A stretch of 61,854 bases of DNA, the filler included, from Sphacelaria rigidula (Eukaryota): NCBI GenBank assembly GCA_964200075.2. It is 6 parts of 6 records of this genome, joined end to end, with 100 filler letters (N's around TTAATTAATTAA, not from the genome) between each part and the next. Parts side by side here need not be neighbours in the genome. Positions count along the whole stretch, not along the records: positions 10,327 to 20,552 come from CAXNAA020006894.1; positions 20,653 to 30,878 come from CAXNAA020006895.1; 4 more parts are not named here. One strand, given 5' to 3'. This document shows positions 11,696 to 24,880 of this stretch, piece by piece. Positions within the stretch are counted from its first letter, which is position 1. Every line of letters begins with the position of its first letter. Under the pieces are notes generated by a model. That model was given only the letters and a program-made list of their open reading frames with translations. It ran no database searches and was not told the DNA's origin. Both the position numbers and the translations under genes were made by a program.

Positions 11696-13560
11696 TGAAG
11701 GAGGAAGGTCGAAACTTTTATCAGGAACGCACGGCGTACTTACCTGCTCGAAGTACAGACAAGATCTTGTGCACCGTAGTACGAACGACTGCCGCTCGGC
11801 GACGTACCAACAAGACACAGCGTATGGAGACACGAGATATAGTATTAGTCGCGCACCTCACTCATGAGCACAGCAATGACCAAGGGAGAAACGGGAAACC
11901 GAAGGGAAGCGCTCCGTGTAGCAAATTCATCACAATCCAAGATCGTTTTCACCTGTCACCAGGTATCCACACTTTCATAGATGGACAATTCCCCCCACTC
12001 ATGGTACCTCGTCAAATAGTCCGACATCTTCCTGCCAATGCCCCTCGATGTGAGCTAAAGCCAACCACTTCATCACTACAATCTACCTTGGTTCCAGTTC
12101 AGCACTAGCGAAGAAACGAACCGTCGACAAAACTACACTACCAAGAACTGAACGACAACCCGCACCCGCCGGGAAAAAGCACATCTCAGCTGCGCACAAA
12201 CACCGCACACTCATCTACAGTACTCAGCAATCGATAGCTCGTAACTGGCATCATTACAAATACACTAAGCTGCAACTGCGATCCAGAGCAAAAACAAACC
12301 TTCTCGTTATCTTGGAGCTGTTACTCATCGTGTCCTCATGCACACGGCGTGATGAGGTTACTCACTCACACATATATTTTCAGGGACCGTGCGCTCAATA
12401 CTCTCCCAAGCTCAACACCACAACAAGTGACACACAGGACAAAAACCACTCAGACTACGTGGGGTGTTCACTATATGACATTCCTGCGGTACTCGAATCT
12501 TGCTCCATGCAAACTCTTGTCCATGCTGTCGATGTGTTGTTCTTCGGATCGTATGTACTCGAACAGAATCTTACTGTCACAAACTAGCTCACGAAAACAA
12601 TGGTGACGTACATCAATATGCTTGCTCCGACCATGACCTAGCGGGTTGTTGGCCAGTTGAATGGCAACCTGGTCGCCTTAAAAACCCGTAGTGCAATTTT
12701 GCTCGTCATCCGAATAAACGACAGCGAGAATTCCCCGCAAGAACTGCATCTCTTTGGCCAACCCACCAGCTGCTACGTAGTTTGCCGCAGTACTGGACAA
12801 CGATACATTATCCTTAGTCCTCGACATACCAACCACAATTGCACCTTGAAACATCAAGTCATCCCCTGTCACAGATCGTCTTTCTTCCGAACTAGCATAG
12901 TCGGTGTCGGTCCGCACGTCACTAGTTCCTCACTTGAACTACGTTCGTAAGTGATGCGCTATCGAAAACGCGCATGCTATTTAGGGACTCCGGGATGTTA
13001 ACCACCCCCAGCCATTCATCACATGAAGAGTCGTGGCTGTGTCGCTACGAGTCGTTGAACGATAGACGCGGGAGAACATTCTACCGCATCGTCCAGCCCC
13101 GACTAGTCTACGATTGTGCTGTTTACGTTTAGGGCCGTACGCTCGCTCTGTAGAACGAGCTAGTATGTATGACGGAAAATCTGTCATTCCGAGAAGGCCT
13201 TCAGGGAGTCCTGCAGAATCATGAAACCTCCATATGGGATCTCCATATCCCAGACAAAGGTTGCGCGACAATGCACGGCCGTGGATTTTGCCCCCCTTCT
13301 ATCTTTGAACGATTCACATACATGATGCACACGATGCGCCTGCTTCTCACAATGACAGGCTCAAGATATCCGGCAGTGAGACGTTTTCAGTGAAACAAAC
13401 ACCAAAATCGCACGAGGAACCTCTGTGCAGTACCAACAAGCGCACAGTCTCAGAGTGAAAAACACGGATCACGACGTGCTCTCGAGTACTCAACCAACCA
13501 AAAGCAACTACCGCCGGTTGGAACAAACAACCACTTGTCGTTTTCACCGTTGAGGCAGAT
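11696..13560 (-). mobile_element. Decayed Ty1/copia 3' part (RT, RNase H, PPT, putative 3' LTR)
   Basis: Copia RNase H-like TDTDYASSEERRSVTG..SRTKDNVSLSSTAANYVA..KEMQFLR (12678-12917), ILFEYIRSEEQHIDSMDKSL (~12500-12575) and DPC (~13470). PPT GAGTGGGGGGAAT is followed by TGT at 11987, giving an LTR at about 11696-11987. Confidence 0.75.
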
Positions 13561-14341
13561 GCAAAGACGAGACACGCAACCGCGATATATTGCAATCATT
13601 AACAGACATTTCACATTAATACACATGAAAATGTACACAGATAAACACGCGTACGGGGATGGCTCCAAGGATGCGCGCGTACGAGCAACACAGAACCTAC
13701 CGGCTACCAACCGCACATACGCTTCTGCGCAGGTATACAAACACAAGGACACGCAAGCTTACACGACTACTGTTGAATTAAAAGGATTAAATAAAACAAC
13801 CAAAGCCCCGGTGGGGCTTTTCCTGCCTGTAGCAGTACGCCATCACGACCAACATAATTTAGGACCGCCACAAATCACAAGCTCAAGAGACAGAAAGAAT
13901 CAGATACACTGTCACGTTCGTTTCTCTCTCGCTTTGTACATCACGAGAAGTAGCCGTAATCGTCCCAGCATTCCCGTCCCGCACTAACCATCGGAATTGA
14001 ACATTACCAGTTGCATTCCAGAATCTGCCACGTCAATCATGCCATTTGGATGCCTGGATACAAGATCACAGATTACGATCGATATATTCTTACACACCAC
14101 TACTGCAGGACCACTCACACGCCCCGGTCATCACCTCCGTACATACGCACTAACCAAAATGAACGATACTAAAAAAACAGTATGTCAAGGAAACACTCTA
14201 CACCGTTTGCAACCTCTTCGGACAGACAGCACACGCACACGCTGTGGTAAAACATCTCTTGCAGGTTCCCCCGCTATATGTTACCTCTCCCGGCCGTTCC
14301 TCGGAAGCAGTCCGTAGTCTCAAGGAATAATTCTGCCCTCA

Positions 14342-14800
14342 CTCATCACCCTCCCTGCCCACGTCAGTAGCCCATCCCAGAACACGAGAGCAGCAAGCCA
14401 CGGCATGACCAACAACCTGCTGAGAACTCATCCCCATGGGGCGGGGAGACATAAAAATGGTCCAAACGTCCAATCTTTCCACCAGCGACACCAATTGCGA
14501 ACAAGATTCTTCGCCGACAAAAGCACGACACCCTAGGGCGTAAATGGTCAGGCGGACATTGTATAGTGCTACCAGGGGAATGACTATGCCCAGCACGACA
14601 TGGATACGCAAGGCCGCTTCTATAGCGAGTAGGTACGAGAGGACAACGGCACAAAGTACGCACACTCGTTCCCCATGTTCGCGACATTCGCGAAATGCCT
14701 GTTGTCGCTGCTGCTGGTGCTGGTCCAGGTGCTGCTGGTGCTGGTCCAGGTGCTGCTGGTGCTGGTCCAGGTGCTGCTGCTGCTGCTGTTGTTCTTGTTG

Positions 14801-14840
<40 letters not shown>

Positions 14841-14944
14841 CCTTGTTTTAACAGCAGTAGGTAGGTGAAGAAGAAGAAGTGAGCTGGAACCCCAAGCAGG
14901 ACGGCGAAAGTGCAGAGTACGCGTTCTTCCCACCCGTTCGCCAT
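14342..14944 (-). CDS. Putative first exon or ORF of a membrane protein with a polyQ tract
   Basis: ATG at 14944 and about 200 open codons, with hydrophobic segments flanking polyQ and (HLDQHQQ)3. A possible GTGAGG donor lies at about 14342. Confidence 0.45.
14700..14838 (-). repeat. CAG/CAA microsatellite plus 3x 21-bp repeat
   Basis: (TGC)n, (TGT)n and (TGCTGCTGGTGCTGGTCCAGG)3 on the plus strand. Confidence 0.95.
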
Positions 14945-15884
14945 CAACTCGTCAACTCCTTCTCAAGCTGGCGCTGACCGTTCGTTCGACCGAGACGAGG
15001 GGGAGAGGAGACGGGGGGCAGGGCTCTCGGTCAGATACAACATTATGCACTTTACCATTGAAAACGGGTCATGCCTTGGAGAGAGGAACAAGAGGACCTA
15101 GTGCGTATTGGTGTGGGCGCTATTACAGCACGGTACCGGCTGGACTTGGCATTCCTGTCTTTGCGATTCGCAATCCCTTACAATCTCGCACGCATAAGTC
15201 TGTCATTTGGAAAATGGTGAGCATTTTGGGGGGGAGGCATTTTTCCACTTTGCGCCACTTCCGCCAAGTCGGGACACAGAGAAGACGCGTATGTGGATGC
15301 GTAGACTGAGGGTCTAGATTTTGTAAATACTGTACGGCTAGGTTCACCCCACAGGTGTACCCTTTCCTCGTTTTTTACAGTGGGTATGCTCACACGGATA
15401 CGCATTCTCCATACATGCCCGTCCCCCGGTGGTGTAGTAGAACAAGCGAAACTGTTCGGCCGGAATAATGCGTAGTCGATTCCCGGCAGCTGGAAAGGTG
15501 TATGATCTCCGTCGCTGGAACCGTAACGACTTGAGTAGACTAATGCGTGGGAGGACCGCGTGCTTAGGGGACCATATCGTAGTTCAAAACACCTCAGGAT
15601 TGACGTTTTTCAAAACCAATTGGGCCAGTCCCTGCAGGGACGACACCCTGACCTCAACCCCAACACTAAACCTAACCCTTATCATAGTAGTGTTTACACT
15701 CCGACGCGGTCCCCTAAGCACGCGATCCTCCCACGTATTACACAGACCAGAACATTCGTGTGACGAGTGATGAGAATCAACCTGGTGCGGCACTACTGAT
15801 AAAATTCACGCTTCCAAATGCAAGACATGTACCGGTAGACCCATCCCTTGAAACCACGAACTCGTCCCGAGGAAGGGGCGGGGT

Positions 15885-16960
15885 CAGAAGTTCGACGGGA
15901 TAAACTATTTCATATTTCTCTCCGCTGGTATTTTATCTGACCGAGCTACCAAATAATCCGACAAATATTAACCGTGAACGTCACGTGCCCGACTTGCATA
16001 ATTTGGCCAATGGCTACCGGAAATTCCCCTAGATACCAACGGAAAATTGGAATCGGGATCGTACTGTTGCCGCGAACAAACCTGCTTCTTGTGGATATGA
16101 CACGATATCTCTGGGAAATGCCTATTTTGTCGAACGATTTTGGCCAGAAAGGGGGCTTGGTGGATTGTGTCACCTTGGAAGAATTTGCTGCGTCCTTCAA
16201 GGGTATTCCAACTCACGTTTTTGTATTTCTATTCGCCCCATTGAATTTGAGTCACATTCTCAATTCCTCATACAACCTCATAGGTCAGCTTCAGCAGGCA
16301 GGGGGAACAGGATACTGGGCAAGATTCGTTTTGAAATCGTCACATTGATGCGTTTTTCATGGGAGGGGGGGGGGGGATAAGGCCACAACATACTCAGAGA
16401 AAGCAGATTGCAGCGGACAACACACAGCACCTCCGTGCCACTTACGGTTTGAGTGAGATTGAACACCGATCAATTGCTGTACGGCATGTCTAGTGAGGGT
16501 TTTGTCCCAAGAATGATTTCCCAAGGCGTTCGCCTTCGTGGTTCATTTCTAGCCAGAATCATAGTGAGATGCTGACAGACCTGCGCCGGTTGCGACCTAG
16601 AGTCAAAGTCTCCTCAAAAACAGTATCAATAAGAGGGAAGATTTTGCTGCTGTATGAAAAAGCGTAACGCCGCCCACGGGCGGTGGCGTACCTCTCTCAA
16701 TTGTTATTGTGTTAAGAACGGTTTGGAATCACTTTACGGTAGGATATATTTCAGACCATCGGTTTGTCTCGGGGCAAAATGTGCGATACTGACGTCATCT
16801 GTTCAAAACTTGGAAATATATCACCAGCAACCCTATTTTCAGATCCGTGCTAGGATGGCAACAGTTCTTCTTTCCCCGCCGCTCGTTAGACGTTGAAGTA
16901 CCAACTCAGCGTATGCACGCACCAGCAGTGCATCAGTGGGCACTAATACGCCGTGATTGA
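15885..16960 (-). mobile_element. Highly decayed Helitron Pif1-helicase remnant
   Basis: Frameshifted traces in the expected order: DSKPF (~16720), VPP..LKL..MRN (~16300), SH-GQ-Y..SRAR (15981-16015) and IVYPVEL (15888-15908). Confidence 0.4.
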
Positions 16961-18287
16961 CCTCTCGGATAGACGTGTGTCGGTCCCCCGACATGCGTTT
17001 GGGTGTGTGCGGGAGGTCTATACCGGACCCTTCACAAGCACATTTGAACCCTGAAAATAAGGTCGCCAGCACCTTTTCTTCTCCACCGTGAAAGAAATGA
17101 TCACCCTCGGGCATTGGATCGCAGGAAAAGCGTTGTAATTCATGTTTTGGTGCTTCGCCTCATCTTACACAGATCCTCAATTTTGACCGGGCGTCGGTCT
17201 TGAACGTTCGGCCATAATCACGCTTCGCTCGAAAACCCTAATTCTCTACAAAATCATCCCCATGCGTGGGTCGCGCCCAGCATAATATTGTTTTTATACA
17301 GCGCAGTAGAGGCCTCCAAGAGACTGGTGGATGATGGCAGATATCCCAAGTTCGCATGGAGGATCCGCACATGCTGTACATGCAGCTACGGATCAAACAG
17401 CATCGCCCTGGCGGAAGTAGTGGACGCGAGGACGGTTGACGTGTATTGGAGTAGACAAGCAGTTCCTCTCGCAAGATGCAACGGTAGCAGTAGTGTATGC
17501 AAAGAGTAATCGCAGAATCCCCGCTGGCTAGGGTGAACATGCCCCCTCTGTGAAACACGGCCTCCGGTGTTATGGGAGAGCACCGCGCTCGTGTGACGCC
17601 ACCGGCAGATCCACGGCGGAGTTTTTCGACATCTAGAGGGCACAAGTTTTTCGTAGCAAAAGGATTCGCTGAGATCCGTCCGTGCTGTAAAGAGAACGAG
17701 TTGACTGAAGTTTGGAGAGGTTTGAAGTTTGCCCCACACCAGCGCATGTACGCTCCGGGGTACCAAACATGATACACACGGTATCTGAAGTGCCTCGACT
17801 CCAACGAGAACGCCATGTACGGTAGTGCATATGTGTATGGCGGTCGGGTACAAGCCTACAAGAATCAAGTCCTGCAAACTGCGGACGTGGGTTACGAGTA
17901 AATTTGTGGGTTGCGTTATCCATTGGAACTATCATGATCAAAAACTATGTCTCCGTTACCGTAGGAGGGGTGGCGCCGGCGCCAACGACAGCGCCAGACG
18001 CGGGCATTGCCACCCGCGCGGGGATTCAGCCGACTCCGCCATCGTATCTCGCGATATTGGCAGGCATTGAAGCAAGGGAAGGGAGGGGGCGGGGTAACCA
18101 GCAGCGGCAGCAGAAGCACACCTGCCAAATGCGACTCTTCTCCATCCATCTAGTCATGATTCGCAACCCCATCTGTTGTGGTGGCGTCATGGCAGTGTGC
18201 TTGATCAGATTACCCACAACGCAACTAAACGCGGTATAGGTGAGGGAGAGATATCCGCAATCCCCACGTCACCATCCACTCTGATAG

Positions 18288-19150
18288 GTTGTTCGGGAAG
18301 CACGTAAAGAAGTGGCTTACGACTCCAAGAGGTACTGACCGATAAATTGCTGTACTCCTCGCTTTGTCCTCCGGGTGGATCACACCGTAGGGCTCAGATG
18401 CGGTGCAACTCACTGTCAAATGAATTGTGAATGGTGGCCCCAGGTACATACTGGTGAACAGGGTGTACAATGCAATCGAGAAACTGAGGAGCGGTAGCGA
18501 TAGTGCGCCCGACGAATAGTATCCTTGGCTAACGAAATCTATGAAGGTGGCATTGATCTTTAAAACAAATATGTTGGCTGGATGCGACTTCCAACCACAT
18601 GTGTCCGGGATTGACTCATGTCACGGCAGAGTTGCACAAAACAATTCTCCGGCTTGAACTGCTGAAAGTCCTTTTATCGAACTCAATTAATCACTCTTAT
18701 GAAATATGTGAGAGTACATAACGATTGGCATTCCAATGAGCGAGGGATACTTCAAACAATGTTCAAACAGTAATATCCTGACATATATTCGTGTGTAGCT
18801 CCTAACTTGAAGAGCACCTCAATGAGAAACATCTGGGCCCAAAGGTTCAACCCCTGTTGTGGCATGACGCGATTCCTTCCGCCGAGAGGTGGGAATTCGT
18901 CCCGAAGGCCCTGTGAATGCCACATCTATTTCTAAGACCGATGCTGGTGGGGTCAAACACGGTACCCGGAGGGTCCTTGCCGACGAGGGCGTAGGGCTGC
19001 TAGCCACGGTATTCTTTTCCCGTACCAAACGCTTGGGCACGAGTCGCCGTGGATCTAGGACTCATGAGCACCACGTCCTGGCAAGACTTGGAGTCGTACG
19101 TGAAGAAGATATCTGCCTCTTTATCACCACAGTGCGCGGGCGCATACCTC
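18288..19150 (-). mobile_element. Possible decayed P-element/THAP9-like transposase
   Basis: Colinear fragments IFFTYD (~19100), PENCFVQLCR (~18635), FIDFVSQG (~18535) and HFFTCFPNN (~18300). Many stop codons. Confidence 0.3.
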
Positions 19151-19449
19151 CCCGCTGCCGTCCCAGCTTGGACGCTTTCAGGGAGCACGTGGATATGTCT
19201 GATGCAGTATTCGAATAGTGGGGAGGAGGCTTTCGGAACAAAATGTCGACAGTGGACTTCAACGGGTGCCGCTGAGGCGTTGAACCGGAAAATGGGAATC
19301 ATCATCACAACGGTGGTAGGAAATCGGCGATCGGCGAGCAGATGGGGTGGTGGGGCTCACACGGGACAATGTTGTTGCTTACTTGTCACGTCATGCGTGC
19401 ATCGATACACCCGGGAACCTGCGAGCCCTCCACACTCTGGACAACACAA

Positions 19450-20360
19450 AATGTAAAAAACATATATTGTCCGCTCAACATGTCGACGCGTCGGGTGTTC
19501 AATATACGTTGGCCGAGCAGTTTGATGGCACTAGAGACGGATCAACATATATATACAAACATATATTGTCATCAATATGTCAAGGCTCGCGACATGCAAT
19601 GTACATCGAACAATATGCTATCATGATACGGCAAGGCTCCAACATGCATGTGCCGAGAACTACACTCGCTGCCACTCGAGGTCAATAAATATTGACGATT
19701 CAATATACTCAACTCCCGAAACGGCATTATATATATATATATATATATATTCAGTTTGTCGTGCGTTAATGCGTCCAGTATATTTCGGGCGAACAGTACA
19801 CGAGGGAATCGACCGTCGTCACGATATGTGGTGGAGCAATATATATTACTGATTCAACTTTGTATATTGGAAAGTGGATAGGAATTGGTGTAGTGGGCAC
19901 TGTTGTGTCCGCCGGCAACATTGAAAGATGAGCAATAGATGCCGAAAACCCTCAATACATTCGCTCGCGAGCGTGTCCAATATATATATATAAATATATG
20001 AACTGTACTACAGCGATACGACGAGCGTGCGCAATACATATTGGAAAAACGCTTCTTCTGCGTGGTTTGTGTTCAAAACGTACCATCGCAACAGTATGGT
20101 ATGCACCGCTTTGACTCAATGTATACATGAATTGATATTTCAATGCATACGCGGCCGGCGTGAACACTATTTATTCAACATTTTGTTCCCAGAGCAAGTC
20201 CGTGTCCACTACATATCGGCATGCACTACTTCACGATCATGACGTGATAGATATGTATTGTTGCTTCAACACCTCCGAGGCGATCTCAACACAATATATA
20301 AACTGAAAACAATACTTGCGTTGCTTACAATACATACTACTGGTATCGTATTGGAACATA
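19450..20360. repeat. AT-rich degenerate repeat with recurrent CAATA(T/C)AT / ATATATTG motifs
   Basis: Many scattered copies in both orientations, plus a (TA)n run. No convincing ORF. Confidence 0.45.
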
Positions 20361-20552
20361 CTGTGTTGTCCAGGATGAAGCAGCAACAAACAGCCGATTT
20401 TCGAAAATGGGGTTGAAAAACAAAATGAGGTTTAACTCAAAAGCCGTGCTTTCCCTGACCTGATTTCAAGACAAATGACTTTCATATGGACCGCCCCATC
20501 CCTCCCGCCCTCCCTAAAACTATTTCAGGGGGTTTCTAGCCTTCCGTTCTCC

Positions 20553-20652
20553 NNNNNNNNNNNNNNNNNNNNNNNNNNNNNNNNNNNNNNNNNNNNTTAA
20601 TTAATTAANNNNNNNNNNNNNNNNNNNNNNNNNNNNNNNNNNNNNNNNNNNN
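20553..20652. other. Artificial contig spacer
   Basis: N44-TTAATTAATTAA-N44. Confidence 0.98.
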
Positions 20653-20891
20653 GTTCCGAGATCGTGACCCCCCGATTTTCTCGGCCCCGACTTGGTCCAA
20701 ATCCGTGTCCATAAAATGCGTTTCCCGATTTTTTGTCCCCCCGATTTTGAAAAAATCAAGATTCGTGCTTGCCATAAAATTGGGTCTAACACCCTCGACT
20801 GGCGTGTATCTATCACGCTTGGTGGGTACATTGTACTATCAAAACGCTCAAGTCTGCACAGCATTTTGTATAATGTCCACAGAGGGAATGG

Positions 20892-22312
20892 TGGGGTTGG
20901 GTACTGGCGCAGCTAGCCAGCCAGGATCAGGTATACTGGCTGCGACAGTAGCCAGTATACTCGATCTGATCAGTACGCTGGTGGCGCGGCGAAGCCGCGT
21001 GGTCTCGGCTGCGCCGCGACCAGCGCCCCCCCCCGGCTGGTGAGGGAGCCCCGTCGGGGAGGCGCCCCTGGAGGACCCCGCTGGAGGCGCTTTTTTACGC
21101 GATTTGGCTTCACTACATTCGAATAACTGAGTGGTTTTTGATCAAGCTAGAAGACCACTTAATATGGCAACCAATCCGTATTTGTACAAAATATGAGGAT
21201 TTCAGCCCGTTTGAATCCGATTTCCTCCCATAAATTGATGTTTTGGACCCCAGTCCGTCGGGCAATATTTTTCGACTAGCTCTGAGGAAATCAGATCAAT
21301 TCTCCGGTTATCTGGGTGCTCACGTTTGGGTCATCACCTCTCTGCTCAGATCCAGGCTCCCATATCTCCCCCGAATCTGGGACCCAAATCGGGGGAGATG
21401 CGGGAGTCCCCCGATCTGAGCAGAAAGGTGATGAAGCAAAAGTCAGCGTCCTGAGAATCGGAGAATTGATCTGGTTTACTGAGAGCTAGTCGAAAAACAT
21501 TGCCAACCGGACTGGGGTCCAAAAACTCAAACTACGGGAAAAACGGATTTAAACAGGCTGAAATCCTCATATTTGTACAAATACGGATTGGTTGCCACAC
21601 AAAGGGGACTCAGAGGCACTATTCCGGGAGAGAACGTCTAATACAACGCCCAAATTAATTGTTTTCAACTCAAGGAAAATGTGAAAATGGAAAATAATAA
21701 ATGTGCCACAAATGTTGCCATGCTCGTCAACTCCATCATCGTGGTGAGGCTTGCACGTGATTTGTTGCAATTGGAGTGTATGTCGTGTCTTTTGTCTGAA
21801 CAAGTACAGAGTACTTCGGACTTCCGAATAAAAATGGTGAGAGCAGGTCTAAAGTAGCCTTTGACGGCACAAGGCGTGAGCACCCTTCATTTTTTACCCT
21901 AGGACAGCCTCTCACACAAAAAACATAACAAAAGACACAGCAGCCCTGAACGTGTATCAACACCGCATCTGCTGACGTAGCGGTTGCAGCTGCTGATGCA
22001 GCAGACGCCGCGGCACCACCACCGCCGGGGTCTGCTGCTGGCGGACTGCCAGACGCGAAAAAAAACTTTGTACCGTTCTAATTGTCTCGTGCCGTGTGCT
22101 GCGTGTGATTTGTGCGGTGTGCGTGGTGTGTTCTCCCGCTGAGGCGGCGTGGCGACGTAATGTGGATGGGTTTCCACTGGTTCTCTAGGCATATTGTGGG
22201 ACGTACGTAAGTTGTGTATGTACTGACGGTACTGGCTGCCCGGTTGCCAGTTCTTAGGAACTGGCCAGTTCCTATGAACTAGCAGTACGTACTGGTTCAG
22301 TAACCAACCCTA
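20892..22312. mobile_element. Candidate hAT-like non-autonomous element
   Basis: 15-bp imperfect TIR TGGGGTTGGGTACTG / CAGTAACCAACCCTA (13/15), with subterminal ACTGG/CCAGT repeats at both ends. No clear TSD. Confidence 0.35.
21165..21597. repeat. About 430-bp foldback palindrome
   Basis: TGGCAACCAATCCGTATTTGTACAAA.. / ..TTTGTACAAATACGGATTGGTTGCCA. The arms pair inward to a centre at about 21380. Confidence 0.9.
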
Positions 22313-22748
22313 TTTCCCGGAAAGGTGTTTTGTGACCGGTTTCATAGATTGCACACCTCACCCTACATGTACAAGCAAAGGTACTGTAGCCGCCGAACGC
22401 TCACAGCGCCCCCCCAGAGCGTCCCCTCCGCCCCTACTCTCAGAGCCCCGAGCGTCGTCCAAGAATCACGTTAACAGAGTTCATAAAAAAAATGTGGACA
22501 CGATTATTAGTGGTACAGATGAATAGCCAATCGCGGATGGAAATAGATACATTCGCGTATGCCGAACTTTCAAGTTCAGTGCGTACGATACCCTCACTCG
22601 AAAATCGACTGGAACGTTTTTTTGTTTTTGCTCGTAACAGAAAATCAAAACATTTGTCAAATGGGTGTGCGAAAATTACGTGACGCAGGGGTGATTTTTT
22701 TCATCAACATTTGCCAAGGGTGTGTGTGAGAACTACAAAATGGGATCA

Positions 22749-22810
22749 TGCGACCGCGGCGTGATCCCTCAGGGGTCGGTGACAGTGTGACAATCAATCA
22801 GTCTAATCAA
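22749..22810 (+). mobile_element. Retroposon 3' tail fragment ending in (ATCA)n
   Basis: ATGCGACCGCGGCGTGATC..GGGGTCGGTGACAGTGTGACAATCAATCA resembles 50947-51019 and the reverse complement of 44944-45010. Confidence 0.5.
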
Positions 22811-24400
22811 ATATCTCGTCGACACAGTCGTTGCAGAAAGCCAAGCGGCAGGAGATGAAGGAAAATGGAAAGCATTGGAGAAGAATATTTTGCTTGTGTA
22901 CCAAAAACTAGAACAGGAGATGCCGAGAAAAATACTCTTGCTGCCTGTATCTTCCCAGCCAACCCGGCCGGTTGAGAGGCTGTCAATCCTTGGCGTGTGT
23001 TCATGCACTGGTGGTACTTGTAGCCCCCGGCAGATGAGGGTGGCGGGATGGTGGACGCCTGGCATGGATACATACCGAGCCAAGACAGCCTTGACGGGTT
23101 AGCACCATTGTGAGTTTGTTTTGAAACACATGCGCGCTGAGCAAACTTTTCACCCAACCATAGTGGGATGGTGCCAAGCCTTCGATAGAAGAGAGCGTGC
23201 TGAGGTGTGCGTTGGCGTAGGCACGACGCTCGTTGTCGCCATGAAAAAAACATAACAACGCACGTGACACGTGAAAACAGCTCAAATGCGGGAAGTTCAG
23301 GTACCGAAGCCGCTCTGCAAACCGCGCGCACGACGCTTTCAGGATCTGCCTTTGTTTGCGGGGTGTTCCTTAGATGACCATGCCAAGGCTTGCGCACTGG
23401 TGGACAAAATCTCGTGCGTTCTAGGTATCTTTTCGGCCAAATGCGGAGGAGCGGAGATGCGGGTTGAAATTCCAAGATTTCACTCGAATCATGTACACGA
23501 GTCAGTCGGAGAACAGTCCAAAAGTGAAGCCAGCGAATCAGGGTCGCACGAGTCGGACTCGGACTCGTCTGGTTTTCGAAGACTCCCGTGTTTCCGTCAC
23601 CACAATGAGTGACGTCAGCTAGTGGAGACTGACACTTGACGGCACGCACGCGTCTCAGGGTACGTGTTTCCCTATAGCACCAGTTATGAAATTGGCCGAC
23701 CCGGTCCTGCCCGGCCCGCTCAAGTATCAGGGCGTTCCGTACCCCAGGCCACTGCGAGAGCTTCTCGTGCGCTCCCCATCGCGTGAGATTTTGTACGGTC
23801 GCTTCCAAGAACACCAGTGTCACGTTCCGCCGTTTGTACTTTCCCCACAGGCCGTCGCGGGAGGTCCCTGGCAAGGGGAACAGTACTGTATACTATCGCG
23901 TCAATTAGCAAAAGAGGCGTAGACGGCAGCATGCTGTAGAGAGAGCTTCCGTTTGACACTGGGTCATCACCCGAACCTCCACGTGGTTCCGCTGTTGGCA
24001 CAGCAGTTGTACTTACAGCCAACCGCTCACGGATCAAGCGGCCAAGCGGCGCCGCTGGATAATGAACGGAGGTGACGGAAATGAGGAAAGATGGGGGGGA
24101 CCAGACGGTCGGGCATAGTCACAGTAGCACGACTTCAGGCGAAAATATCGTGTATTTTCTTCTTCGTAGCGATGGAAAATGACGATGGAGAAAGGCACTT
24201 GCTTGTGGGGAAGTGTGCGTGTCTCGGTCTGATTTGTCATTGAGGTAGTTCATGGCACGTAAACATGGCATACGTATGGTATATGGTATAGTACACCCTC
24301 ACACGTCGACTGGCGTTTACGACAACTTGGATGACCCCACACTGCAGGCGAAACAAGATATTCCATACAGTACTCGCGGATCAACTGCCGCTTCTTGTCT

Positions 24401-24880
24401 AGCAGACGTCTACTGAGTGGTATTGCCTTTGGACTCGAACACACACTACACACATAAACACACACTTGGACGTGTAAACATGTGCCGGGCAAGAAGCGGC
24501 AGGTAACCCGCAGATATCGAACGTCCCGTTTTGCCTGGAGTTTGGGGTTACCCTAGTTGTTTTCGATTATTATGATGATGATAACGATGATGATGATGAT
24601 GATGATGATGCCAGCAGACGTCTACTGAGTGGTATTGCCTTTGGACTCAAACACACACCACACACATACACACACACTTGGACGTGCAAATATGTGCCGG
24701 GCAAGAAGCGGCAGGTAACCCGCAGATATCGAACGTCCCGTTTTGCCTGGAGTTTGGGGTTACCCTAGTTGTTTTCGATTATTATGATGATATGATGATG
24801 ACATGATGATGATGATGATGATAATAATGATAATGATACTGATAATGATGATGATGATGATAATGATAATGATGATAATA
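24401..24880 (+). repeat. Tandem duplication (period 212) of a stem-loop plus (TGA)n-tailed unit
   Basis: Near-identical copies start at 24401 and 24613. Each has GGTAACCC...GGGTTACC followed by a TGA/TAA microsatellite. Confidence 0.9.

Noticed and set aside
22807..23874. 355-aa ORF, the longest in the window
   Set aside because: No recognisable domain, and exon-like signals on both strands conflict, so I cannot support a strand or product.
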